Positions 12,348 through 24,599 of a stretch of 64,000 nucleotides of DNA are shown here, piece by piece. Position 1 is the first letter of the stretch. Each line of letters begins with the position of its first letter. The notes beneath the pieces were generated by a model that made no database searches, was not told where the DNA came from, and saw only the letters and a list, made by a program, of their open reading frames with translations. The stretch comes from Octopus sinensis (Eukaryota), in the NCBI RefSeq assembly GCF_006345805.1, contig NC_042999.1:55366001-55430000 (forward strand), written 5' to 3'. The translations under genes and the position numbers were made by a program.

Positions 12348-12566
12348 TTATTCAGTGGTTTTATTTTGGTAATGTGCTTTCACTTCACTACCGAGCGCAG
12401 CTCTGTGTGCCTTCGGTATGTCCTGTGATTTGTTGTGATGCTCCGATGGTTACTGTATTGAAAGTGTTCTGCGTAGGATGTGTGCAGTGCCCAGTAGTGC
12501 AGTTTTCTGTATGTTATATGTGTTTGTAAGTCCTGGTGTTTTTGTTATGTATTTGTCTGAATATTT
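12348..12566 (-). mobile_element. R4/Dong-type 3' end, another subfamily
   Basis: KYSDKYITKTPGLTNTYNIQKTALLGTAHILRRTLSIQ* plus 3' UTR; (AAT)n on both sides. Confidence 0.8.
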
Positions 12567-12631
12567 TTATTATTATTATCATCATCATCATCATCATCAT
12601 CATTATTTTATTATTATTATTATTATTATTA

Positions 12632-12711
<80 letters not shown>

Positions 12712-12712
<1 letters not shown>

Positions 12713-14185
12713 CTTTGACTTTTGTTTTGTATTTGTACAAGTTGGCTCCAAGCCTCACTCAGAAACCTCAAGAGACAACAAGTTAGAAGTTCAAGTTGGT
12801 GTTATGCCTAGGGTGCCATATATTCGGTTTTGTACATAGTGTTATTCTAGTGAATGTTTAAGAAACCATAAGAAAATTATGAGTTTGTTTTAAAATTTGA
12901 GATTACATAGCAATATTTTACGTGGGATATGGGCAGTTCCCATGACCACTATCTTTTGAATTTCTGCCATTTTAGGGTTTCCTGGTATCTGAGCTAGGTA
13001 GCAATCAACCCCTTTTGCTATCATTCCTAGGGCATCTATGAGCACAGGTATTGAGGTTCCACATTTTCCTAATTTCTGTTTCAAGATCTTTATACTTGCT
13101 CAGTTTCTGGTAGGTCTTGACAGATACGTTTATGTCGATTGGGACAGTCATATCAATGAGGAGGCATTATTTTTGTCAGAAGTCTTTCAATATGATGTCT
13201 GGTCTTTTTGCATCTATGTTTCTGTCAGTTTGAATGGTGAAGTTCCACAGGAGTGAGATGTGATATTTTTTCAAGCACTGGGGGTGGTTTGTGTTCCTAC
13301 CAGTTTTTATCATGGGGAAAGTCCATGTTTTTGCAAATTACCCAGCGAATATATTGTGCAGCTCTATCATGTCTGTTGAAATACTCTATAGGCGCAAGAA
13401 AACTGCACTTGGAGACAATATGATCAATGGTTTCATTTTGTTGTTGACATACACGACATGTTGGGCTACTGCCGTTCTTTAATATGTTGGCCTGGTAGTT
13501 CCTTGTAGGCAGGCATTGATCTTGAGCTGCTATGATAAACCCTTCTGTTTCAGATTTTAAGCCAGAGGCCATTAGCCATTGTTGGGTCAGGGCTTTGTCA
13601 ACATCTGCATTATTCGCTCTCTTTGGGTATTTGCCATTAGAGAGGTTTTCTTGCCATTTATCATTCAGATATCTAAGACAGCAGTTTTAGCAACGGGTTT
13701 TTCATGCGCTTAGCTTTTTCTGTGCTTGTTTCTTGTATGTCTAATTCCAAAATTTGTTGTATTCGGAATTCACTTAGATATTCCTTTGCCTGTTTTGTTA
13801 CTGAGTATGATGCTTTCTTGTTTTCATGTTTTGAGACAAGTTTTAACATCCAGTCCTCAGAGTTTTTCAGGTAGGTGTCTAGGTCAATTGTAGCAATCTT
13901 CATTGTTATTGCAAGTTGTAAAATTCCACGGCCTCCCTATTTTCTTGGCAAATAAAGTCGTTCTACGTGTATATCTGCCTTAGGGTGGTGCATTCTATGC
14001 ATTTTCAACAGCTTTCGTATTTTTCTGTCAAGATTACATATTTCAGTAATTGACCAGTTAACGATATTGAAACTGTAAGTCACGACTGGTATGGCTAAAG
14101 CATTGATCGCTTCAATCCTGTTTCTCGCATTCATCTCTGTCTTGAGTATTGCTCTTACTCTGCGATAACATTCTCTCCTGATCCT
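12712..14185 (-). mobile_element. 5'-truncated R4/Dong-clade RLE retrotransposon (RT thumb, CCHC, RLE; frameshifted)
   Basis: YRRVRAILKTEMNARNRIEAINALAIPVVTYSF, RLYLPRK, LKSETEGFIIAAQDQ, CRVC..ETIDHIVSKC, RHD, LGMIAKG..VMGTAHI; embedded in (AAT)n/(ATG)n. Confidence 0.92.
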
Positions 14186-14195
14186 TATTATTATT

Positions 14196-14245
<50 letters not shown>

Positions 14246-14298
14246 TATTATTATTATTATTATAATTATTACTATTATTATTATTATTATTATTATTA

Positions 14299-14337
<39 letters not shown>

Positions 14338-14726
14338 GTGTATAAGGGAATCAGTCTAGAGACTGTATTTATCATAAAACGGAAAAAATAAAATAAAATA
14401 GATAAAAAAAATATTTAAAAATAATTTAAGCGCAGTCAGCTGAAACGAATTCCACAAGCTTCTATTTTATGCTAAACAGTAAAACAACCTATCTATTGCA
14501 TTAACCTGAACATTGGTCCACTCTAGAAATGGCATTTACACATCAGAATTCTTGTGTTTTATCTCTGAGTTAAGTGATGAAACACACGCACACGCACACG
14601 CACACACACACGGACATACTTTTATATAGAACACTATGTTTCGTTACAAACATATACACATAAACATACTTCCACGTAAGGCTACGTAAACATCCAGTAC
14701 TCTTTCACCGGTTTTTATTTATTTAG

Positions 14727-14816
14727 AGAAGCCAGAAGAGGTTAAAAATCCTGGGAATTTCAGAATGGAACCAGAGTTCTTCACCTCTTCACGTTCTTCC
14801 TGGAAACATATGTTAT
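14727..14816 (+). CDS. Candidate exon (KPEEVKNPGNFRMEPEFFTSSRSSWKHML); overlaps a hairpin
   Basis: ttttatttatttag acceptor, AT|GTAAGG donor, phase-compatible with 11577-11668. Confidence 0.22.
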
Positions 14817-15549
14817 GTAAGGTCACCAGCTGCGATTAGCAGAAATACAAGTTATTCCTTGGAAATCAGAATAGCAAGATCTTCGCCTTCCACCCTTCTA
14901 CCCTCTCTCTCGCTTCTTCTTCTTCTTCTTGCTGTTGTGGTCGTGTTGAGGTGAAGTATTGTTTGATATCGCTTATCAAGAATGGAAAGCGAAACCTGGC
15001 TGCGTCAGCTTTCGTTTTCGTTCATGTTAAAGAAAGCTTGATTGTTCTGGCATTTTTGTTTTTTCGCAAAAGATTTTCCCATTCCCGTTGGAAACAGAAT
15101 TGGCACAGCTTACCAAATATTCTTGAGTGTTGACGGAGGAAAAAATATTTTGGGATCCTAAAGCCTGAGAAAACTCTAAATCTATTTTACCATTTTTGTA
15201 AATGTTTTTGCGAATGTGAATCATTCACGATGGACAGTTGAAATAAAGAGAAGGAATGTGAGACCACGCACGGCACACACTGCCGCCGCAACCACCACCA
15301 CCACCACCACCACCACCACCACCACCACCCGCCACCACCACCGCCACCACCACCGCCACCACCACCACCACCGCTTCCTACATAACATGAAAACAGCAAC
15401 AATAATAACATAAACATTAATCTCGTTTACGGCAGTGTTGTACTTTAAAGAATTTGAATTAACAGTTTCCGATTTAGACACAAAGCCAGCAGTTTTGAGG
15501 CGGGGGTGGGGGAGAGTGCTTAGTGAATACTGTACGACTTCCAGCACGC

Positions 15550-15700
15550 GTGGCTGTGTGGTAAGGAGATTGCTTCTCAACCACATAGTTCCGGGTTCAG
15601 TCCCACTGCATGGCACCTTGGGCGTCTTCTGCTATAGCCTAAGGCCGATCAAAGCCTTGTGTGTGGTATTGGTTGACGGAAACTGGAAGAAGCCCGTCGT
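15550..15700 (+). mobile_element. SINE family C, 5' half
   Basis: ggctgtgtggtaagg...gaagcccgtcgt. Confidence 0.85.
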
Positions 15701-15714
15701 CTATATATATTCTT

Positions 15715-16100
15715 TTATTTTTTTACTTGTTTCAGTCATTTGGCTGCCGCCATGCTGGAGCACTGCCTTTAGTCGAACAAATCGACTCCAGGACTTCCTC
15801 TTTGTAAGCCTAGTACTTATTCTATCGGTCTCTTTTGCTGAACCACTAAGTTACGTAAACACACCTACATCGGTTGTCAAGCGATGGTGGGGAGACAAAC
15901 ACAGACACACAAGCACACACACACACACACATACACACACACACATACACACACATACGGCGGGCTTCTTTCAGTTTCCGTCTACTAAATCCACTCACAA
16001 GGCTTTGGTCGACTCGAGGCTATTGTAGAAGACATTTGCCCAAGGTGCCACGCAGTGGGACTGAACCCTGAAACATCTTGTTGGGAAGCAAGTTTCTTAC
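15715..16100 (-). mobile_element. SINE family C, inverted relative to 15550-15700
   Basis: Reverse complement head and tail with (CA)n insert. Confidence 0.85.
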
Positions 16101-16619
16101 CACTTGTGTGTGTGTGTGTTGTGTGTGTGCGTGTGTGCGTGTGTGTGTGTGTGTGTTTGTACCTCTACTCTGCTTGAGAAACGCTGTTGGTGTGTTTACA
16201 TCCACATTGCTTAGCGGTTCGGTAAAAGGGACTGATATAATAAATATCAGGCTGGAAGTAATAAGCACTGGGGCCAACTCATTTGATTAAATTTTTTTCA
16301 TGGCGGTGCCCCAGCATGGCCACAGTCTAATGACCGAAACAGGTGAAATGGTAAAAGTAAAGGTCGGGAATGTGTCGCTGAGATAATTGTTTCCCATTTC
16401 GACACACAAGTGGGCCATTGGCCGATACTGACAAAGACCGACACTAGGCTCGAACTTACTTCATCGAATTCTCGGAAAGATTAAAGCCAAAGCTGACACA
16501 CACACACATACACATACACGTACACATATATATATATACATATATGTGTGTGTGTGTGTGTGTTTATGTTTGTTTGTATGTATGTATGCATGCATGTATG
16601 TATGTTGTCAGATTCACGG

Positions 16620-16708
16620 TTATAGATTAAAAATCTTGACTCTCCGACTTCTTGCTTTGAATTCTTTATCGAAAGAAACCTGACAATGTTCCTTGAAATC
16701 GGCTACTT
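16620..16708 (-). CDS. Candidate exon (VADFKEHCQVSFDKEFKARSRRVKIFNL*)
   Basis: gaattttacag acceptor, open frame in a unique patch; no homology recognised. Confidence 0.2.
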
Positions 16709-16738
16709 CTGTAAAATTCACCCACACTTGCCTGCACG

Positions 16739-16782
<44 letters not shown>

Positions 16783-16825
16783 ACACACACACACATCTAT
16801 ATGTATGTGTGTGTATATATATAAT

Positions 16826-16862
<37 letters not shown>

Positions 16863-16874
16863 CATATATCTCGT

Positions 16875-17062
16875 GAGTACCGCCAGCGATTTTTTTCCTC
16901 TGTCTTCCCTTCTCGGGATCTTTCCTTCTCCTATGTTTCCGACGAAGAGCTCCGCTCGAAATGTTAAACCCTCCTTCATCCCTTCTTTCCTGAGCGTCCA
17001 ATAATACTTTATTTGTTCCACGTTCTCGCGTTGCTGTGTTTTTTGTGTCTTCTTGTTTGGAT

Positions 17063-17066
<4 letters not shown>
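16875..17066 (+). mobile_element. Penelope-like short element (family B) with hammerhead-like motif
   Basis: gttt-ccgacga-a-gagc-tcc-gctc-gaaatgtt-aaac at 16935-16969; ends at (AT)n; homolog at 45.2 kb. Confidence 0.6.
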
Positions 17067-17125
<59 letters not shown>

Positions 17126-17338
17126 ATGTATGTATGTGCATGTGCAAGTGTGCACAGGCCTAAAATCTATACATGTATGCTGTGGAAATACTTGCCGTTA
17201 GTTGTATGAGAAAGACATATTTAAGCGGAATAATTCTAAAATGTTTTTTAATTTAGAAACTGAATAAATCCAAAGAACATACATACATACATATATATAT
17301 ATACATACACACATACATACATCATACATACATATATT

Positions 17339-17408
<70 letters not shown>

Positions 17409-17965
17409 TATATTATATATATATATATCTATATATATATATAATATATATCTATATATATATATATATATATACCAAGATGCCCTCCTTCCTATATATA
17501 TGTATACACACAACGTGTGTGCGTGTGTCTGTGTGTATATATGTGGAGGTGTGGTGTGTGCATATATGGAGGTGTGTGTGTGTGTGAGTGTATACACATG
17601 TGAACATTACACACAAAAGGGCATTTAATCTCCAAAGCACTTAAGTTACCGTATATCAAATAACAGGCATTTAGAGACCACAATCTCATTACCCTACAGT
17701 TAATAAAATAACAGCACATTATTTGTTGGTATAACTATATGTGTATTATAATGTTGTTGTTGTTGTTGTTGTTGTCATCGCCCCTGCTGTTTAGCCATAG
17801 GACAGCCCTCATCCGGTACATCTATAATCAAAGCTGTTCGCAGCCTTGACTATCAAATTTCCTTTTCGCACATAATGATTCTACGATTGTATTTTGAAAA
17901 TATTACTCCGCTTTTTAATATATACATACATATACATATATATGTTTATATATACGCATACATAT

Positions 17966-17998
<33 letters not shown>

Positions 17999-18002
17999 TA
18001 TA

Positions 18003-19070
18003 ATTGTTTTTTGTTTTTTTTATATCTGTCCCTTTTGCTGTCCTGGTGTTCGTATGCATTCGATCCTTCTTCCAGGAAATCTACGCTTCCAGCTTAGTTT
18101 TTCTTGGAGGGCTGGCCGTGATCTAGTAATCTCAAGCTTAATCAGCCGAAATTACTACGATGATCCGGTTCTTGACTGAAGACTGAGGGGTTCGAATGTC
18201 CTGTCCATGTTTATTGTATCGTCCTTCTATGAGTTATACGTTCTTGTCCATGTTGTATTTTTCTACATACCTTAACATATATTCCTCCAGGCGCCCCGTA
18301 CCCCCTTTATCATTAATGTGAACACATATTCTTAATAATTGGTACGACTCTCTGTTTGTCTCTCTCTCTCTCTCTCATTTTTTTACTTTCTCCTATTCAT
18401 CTTCTCTTTCCTCTGATCCTTTGGTCTAGTCTTCCACTACCCTCCTATTTCTTTGTCTCGCTCGCACTCACAGGTCATTCTTCGACACCCATCCCTTCTC
18501 CTCTCTGATTCCTTCTTCTCTCTCTTCTCTCTCTTTGGTGCGTTTGTCCCCCTTTCTCTCTCTCTCTCTTTCCTTTGCTTCTCTTTCTTTCTTTCCCTCT
18601 TCTCTGTCACGTGACTGTTGGCCGAAATCTGCCTTTCAGCTCCTGACCCTCGTCGTGTTAACCTCGTTGTTCTTCGTCCGCCGCTATAAAGGCTTTTTCC
18701 AATGCGCCAGAGAAAAAATTTTGTTTGCTTGTTATCATCGTAAGACACTTGTTGTTTCACCGTTAATGCTTCTGTATTTCATGTTCTGTATTCCATTATT
18801 GTTTTTTTGTTTTTTTTTTATATCTGTCCTTTTGCTGTCCTGGTGTTCGTATGCATTCGATCCTTCTTCCAGGAAATCTACGCTTCCAGCTTAGTTTTTC
18901 TTGGAGGGCTGCCGTGATCTAGTAATCTCAAGATTAATCAGCCGAATTACTACGATGATCCGGTTCTTGACTGAAGACTGAGGGTTCGAATGTCCTGTCC
19001 ATGTTTATTTTGTATCGTCTTCTATGAGTTATACGTTCTTGTCCATGTTGTATTTTTCTACATACCTTAA
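18003..19070. mobile_element. LTR-like direct repeat pair (~270 bp) around ~520 bp non-coding interior (TRIM or truncated LTR element)
   Basis: 18003-18275 is nearly identical to 18798-19070; first copy ends ...accttaaca (TGTTAAGG on minus strand) preceded on minus by purine-rich ggggcgcctggaggaata. Confidence 0.5.
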
Positions 19071-19139
19071 TATATATATATTATATATATATATATAGAT
19101 ATTATATATAATATATAGCTATACATATATATACATATA

Positions 19140-19550
19140 TATAGCTTGCTTACCAACCACATGTTGGTCCGGGTTCCATCCCACTGCGTGGCATCTTGGG
19201 AAGTGTCTTCTACTATAGCCTCAGGCCGACCAAAGCCTTGTGAGTGGATTTGGTAGATGGAAACTGAAAGAAGCCCGTCGTATAGATGTATATATATATA
19301 TATATGTGTGTGTATGTGTGTGTATGTGTGTGTATATGTTTGTGTGTCTGTGTTTGTCCCACCAACATCGCTTGGCAACCGATGCTGGTGTGTTTACGTC
19401 GCCATCACTAAGCGCTTCGGCAAAAGAGAACCGATAGAATAAGTACTGTGCTTACAAAGAATAAGTCCCGGGTCGATTTGCTCGACTAAAGGGTGGTGCT
19501 CCTGCATGGCCGCACTCAAATGACTGAAACAAGTAAAAGATAGTAAAAGA
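19140..19550 (+). mobile_element. SINE family C
   Basis: Core and tail motifs as in 8618-9045. Confidence 0.88.
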
Positions 19551-19554
19551 GAGA

Positions 19555-19612
<58 letters not shown>

Positions 19613-19723
19613 CATATTCATGTATATTATATACATATATACATGTGTAATCTATATATATATATATATATATAATACATATATATACACATACACACAC
19701 ACACGTACACACACAGAAATACT

Positions 19724-19759
<36 letters not shown>

Positions 19760-19761
<2 letters not shown>

Positions 19762-20525
19762 CGAGAGGGTAACCAATAAAAACCGGAATTTTGAAATATC
19801 ATTTCGTTCACTTAGTTTTTCATGTTTACACTTTTATCACCTTCGAAGTATTCTCCATTTGAAGCAATGCATCGGTCTAGACGCATTTTTCACGGTTCGA
19901 AGCAGTGCTTGAACTCTTGCGAAGCGATTCCTTTTCACGCCTCTGAGGTTTTTCTTTTTCTTCAGCTCTTCCACATCTTCAAATTCCGTAACACCAGCTT
20001 TCATCACAATTGTTCACCCTCGAAAAAAGGTTCGGATCCTTGAGTTACTTCAGTTCACGACATGCATTCAGTCGCGACTGCTTTTGATCTTCCGTGAGCA
20101 AGCGAGGAGCAAATTTTGCTCGGACCCTCCGTGAAATTCGAGTTTCTGCTGAGGAAAACGGCGGCGGCCGACACAGCTGTAATGTTTCAAGGCCGCTGCC
20201 ATGAGCAAAACACAAGTTTGCGAATGGTTTTCAAGCTTTAGGAATGGTCACTTGTCGTTTGAAGACCAACCTCGTTCAGGACGACAATCGATCTTCCGAG
20301 CGAATGAAAACATCATGAAAATTCATGAAGTGATCGTGGAGGACCGTCACCGAGGAATTGAAGAACTTGTTGGTATGACTGGTTTGCTCTGAAGCTCCTG
20401 CCAACAAATTTTGAGAGAGGAATTGCGAATGGAAAGAGTTGCAGCAAAATTTGTGCCTCTCTTGCTCACCGAAGATCAAAAGCAGTCGCGACTGAATGCG
20501 TGTCGTGAATTGAAAGAACAGCATA
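19760..20525. mobile_element. Rearranged mariner (DD34D-type) transposon relic
   Basis: TA + cgagagggtaaccaataaaaaccggaat TIR; minus strand DPNLFSRVNNCDESWCYG and RCIASNGEYFEGD; plus strand MSKTQVCEWF...DQPRSGR...VAAKFVPLLLT. Confidence 0.85.
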
Positions 20526-20894
20526 CAATCCCTAAAATCTCCCAGAACAAATCATCAAAAATAATCCCGTTTCTAAGGTCTCCCGTTAGTAAAACAGGGA
20601 AAAACGTTTCAAAAGAAGATATGTTGAAACACCGATATTTGTACTGGAGTGGTAGATGAGTAGGAGCGTTAGTGTGAGGTACAGGGACATTGTCAGTTTA
20701 TGATATCGACTCTGTTTTCCTTTCTCCTTCAGTTACACCTTAACTACTCTATTTTCTGCTTTCTCCATGTGTCACACTTAATACACGCATATATTTGCAC
20801 ATGTACCAACACAATTATCCCCTCGTTTCTCTTAGACGACATCGTATAGACCATCGTATAAACAATGTAGTTATTAGAATTCCTCATTTGAAAA

Positions 20895-21150
20895 TTATTC
20901 CTTCGGAAACTTAGTATACGTGTTCAAACAGCAGTCACTCAGCTTGACACAGTCGTTACGGATGAGGGATATAAAGGCGGAGTTAAGGGCTTGCTGAAAC
21001 TTCAGGACTTGCTCAAACTCACTGATATATTTTTCTTTCTGTTCTGCAAGTTTTTCATATATACCTAACATAATCTGTAAATACCTTCGTACCGGTGAGG
21101 TCATTCACGACTATGAGAAGTCAAACAACCCTGGTTACTTTCAACAATAG
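20895..21150 (-). CDS. Candidate (terminal?) exon with one apparent 1-bp frameshift: IVESNQGCLTSHSRE/MTSPVRRYLQIMLGIYEKLAEQKEKYISEFEQVLKFQQALNSAFISLIRND...
   Basis: aatttttcag acceptor at 21151-53; coiled-coil-like ORF 20895-21104; unique sequence. Confidence 0.33.
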
Positions 21151-21589
21151 CTGAAAAATTAATAGTGTAAAGGTTTTCACGAATATAGATGATCTGATCG
21201 AAAGTATAAAAGATTATAGATTCAGACAAGATAAAGACGTCTGTAGATTCCATTGTCTAAGTAAGTCTTCTAAAGAGGAAGAAATAGAAAACAAAATAAA
21301 GCACTTATTTCTTTTTCTTTTATACTTCCATATTTTTTTTTATCACAAACTTTTTATTTTGCTCATAAGTTCTTGCGAGAACATCCTCCCCGTTCTTAAA
21401 CTAGCAAAAGCCGTGAAGCTCTCATCTCATGGCTATTATTTATTAACATTAAGTATATAAAATGGTTCTTTTCATTAATACACTAGTATGATTAAGATGT
21501 CGCTATCATTTTATGAATAATTCAATATTCTTGTGTTTAGTATTAGTGTTTTGTATATCATTTTTAAATCAAGGCCTCGAAATACCTAC

Positions 21590-21940
21590 GGCACTCCGTC
21601 GGTTACAACGACGAGTGTTCCAGTTGATCCAATCGACGGAACAGCCTGCTCGTGAAATTAACGTGCACTCCACAGACACGTGTACCCTTAACGTAGTTCT
21701 CGGGAAGATTCGGAGTGTGACAAGGCTGGCCCTTTGAAATACAGGTACAACAGAAAGAGGAAGAAAGAGTGTGAGAAAGTTGTGGTGAAAGAGTACAGCA
21801 GAGTTCGCCATCGCCCCCTGGCAGAGCCTCGTGGAGCTTTAGGTGTTTTTCGTTCAATAAACAATCACAACGGCCGGTCTGGGAATCGAAACCGCGTGTC
21901 CACTGCCTTAACCACTGGGCCGCTGCGCCTCTACTCGAAA
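21590..21940 (-). mobile_element. tRNA-headed SINE family R (Ceph-like), tail type 1
   Basis: Head ggtttcgattcccagaccgg, body aaagctccacgaggctc, tail ...cgttgtaaccgacggagtgcc. Confidence 0.85.
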
Positions 21941-22014
21941 TACCAGTCTTGTTACGCATACATTAGTATTTAATAACCAGTATATGTATTGAATTTGTAT
22001 TCACGCGTTTAGAG

Positions 22015-22360
22015 AAGGCGGCGACCTGGCAGAACTGGGAGTATGCTGAGCGAAATACCTATTCCTTTGCTACCCACAAGGGGCTAAACACAGAGAGGAC
22101 AAAAAAATGATAGACAAACGGATTAGGTCAATTAGATCGACCCCAGTGCTAACTGGTACTTATTTAATCGACCCCGAAAGGATGAAAGGCAAAGTCGACC
22201 TGGGTGGAATTTGAACTCAGAACGTAACGGCAGACGAAATACGGCTACGCATTTCGCCCGGCGTGCTAACGTTTCTGCCAGCGGTTGAGCACTGGGGTTG
22301 ATGTAATCGAATAGCCCTCTCCCTCAAAATTGCTGCTCCTGAGGCAAAATTTGAAACCAT
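22015..22360. mobile_element. Nested SINE family N (minus copy 22055-22280 inside a plus copy)
   Basis: Plus head ggcggcgacctggcagaa, minus multimer unit, then plus tail agcactggggttgatgtaatcg. Confidence 0.7.
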
Positions 22361-22769
22361 TATATCACAAGAGTGTTGCTCGTAAAATAACAGGTAATTT
22401 TGGAAATATATTTTTAGCATCATTGGTAATATCAGGAAATCTGGCACGCATACAATAAACATGATTAAATTCTTATCAAATTTTTATGCTTATATAAAAT
22501 AAGGAAATGAATATCAACTTTCAAAGGAAAAGTCTTTATCACTTTAAAATAAATAAATTCTTTAAGTAAATTCTTTAAATAAATAAATAAATTCTTAACT
22601 GCTTACTTGCAACAGACGTATGCCGAATAAAATGCTTAGCGGCATTTAGTCTGTCCTTACGGAAGGCGTTCAAGTTCCACCGAGGTCGACTTTGCCTTTC
22701 ATCCTTCCGGGGTCCAAAATTCTACCAACATAATCGCAATGTTCTCCATCAAAAACTTATATCTGCAAA

Positions 22770-22950
22770 ATTTGAACTCCTCTGCTTCCACCTCCCATCT
22801 TCCTTCTACACCTCCTCCTCCTCCTCCTCCCTCCTTGTACACCTCTTCCTCCTTCGCCTCCTTCTTCCTCACTTCCTCCTTCCTCACCCCTCCTCTTCCT
22901 CTTTCTTCTCTTCCTCCTCCTCCTCCCTCCTCCCTTTCCACTTCAGTCTG
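22770..22950. repeat. Polypyrimidine (CCT/CTT)-rich tract
   Basis: Direct reading. Confidence 0.85.
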
Positions 22951-23385
22951 TGTGATATTATTTCTCACTATGCTTATGTGTAACATTCTTTTACTCATCG
23001 CTCGTCACCAAGCCTAGTATGTGCATTCATCCTGCACCTCTTATGTTAACTCTCATTTACTCCTCTCCCCCTCTCTCTCTCTACATGACATACAGCATGA
23101 CTGGAAAAATCAACCAACCAACCAGCCTTTACATATCGGCTATTATTATATAAAGATTTTATGAAACTTTAAAAGATTTAAAAGCTTGCGGGACACGAAC
23201 ATCGTTTCTATCACTAGGAGGCTAACCACATTTACGATTAAACCACAAAGCGGATGCCAAATACGGCCTTTTTTCCCTCCCAAATTACGTACTTAACATC
23301 TATAAAACTATTTTTTCTTCCCCTTTTTTTTAACTGAACTATTTTTATCATCCTGAGATAAATGGTCAGTTATTTCGCATAGCAT

Positions 23386-23426
<41 letters not shown>

Positions 23427-23479
23427 TGTACATACATACATTACATATATATACATACATACATGCATACATACATACA

Positions 23480-23548
<69 letters not shown>

Positions 23549-23566
23549 ATATATATATATATATAA

Positions 23567-23597
<31 letters not shown>

Positions 23598-24297
23598 GTA
23601 TGTATATATATATATAATATACATACACACACACACAATATATATAATATATATTTATGTTTGCATGGATATATGTGTGTATGTATGTATGTATGCAATA
23701 TGTGTATATATATATATGTATGTATGCATGTATGTATATATGTATGTATATATGTATGTATGCATGTATGTGTGTGTATATATTTTATGTGGTAGTTCTT
23801 CACCTCCATCGGCTGTTAAGTACGCTCAGTAACAAAGCAATTATCTTGTAGAGATAAGAATTATGCGCGGTAAATAAAAATAGCAGACACAAATAATTAA
23901 AGTGGCTAATTTTAGAAGATGTATGTGATATTGTGTCTTAAGAACATAAATTAATAGAAAAAGAGAGTTTTAATGGCATCATACGGGAAGTGAGATAATG
24001 TCAACTGAAAATAACATTCTTACATACTCCACATTTAAGCAGTTATCGCCATTGTACGGAGTGCGACATAAAAACCTCCCATATTTTGTACAGCCCTTGG
24101 TATGTCACTAATAAAGTTAGGCTGATGATAAAAGCATCCTCATGTAGCTAATGTCTTATTGTTTCTCCTACTAAAATATTATTGGGATTCAATGTTCTGT
24201 TTGCAGTGTGGTTGCTATTGAAACGTTTGTCAGCCTTTGAAATGTTTGAGATTTTCTGCCGTGGATTTAACTGTACGCACACGCGCACACATGTATG

Positions 24298-24334
<37 letters not shown>

Positions 24335-24599
24335 ATAATATATATAAAAATAGTTATCGCCTGTCTATGGGGTTACCCATGGTTTCACGCCCAGAAAGTA
24401 CTTAGCTCTACAGCGTCACTACAGACTCTAATGACCGGTAGCCTATAACCTCTTTTCAAAGTGGAGAGAGAGAGAGAAGACCATGTGTCTTGTTGCTGAA
24501 CACACGGACAAAGAAGGGTTAAATGCAAGGGATTGTTTCCCTTAGACCGCTACCCTTAATCAAGCCGGTCAGCTTGTGGGTCCGGGGGCTTCAGTAGGA

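Noticed and set aside
18140-18200. gaaa...ctgaaga motif as a type II hammerhead
   Set aside because: Stem II lacks the G10.1-C11.1 closing pair, and stems I/III cannot be formed convincingly
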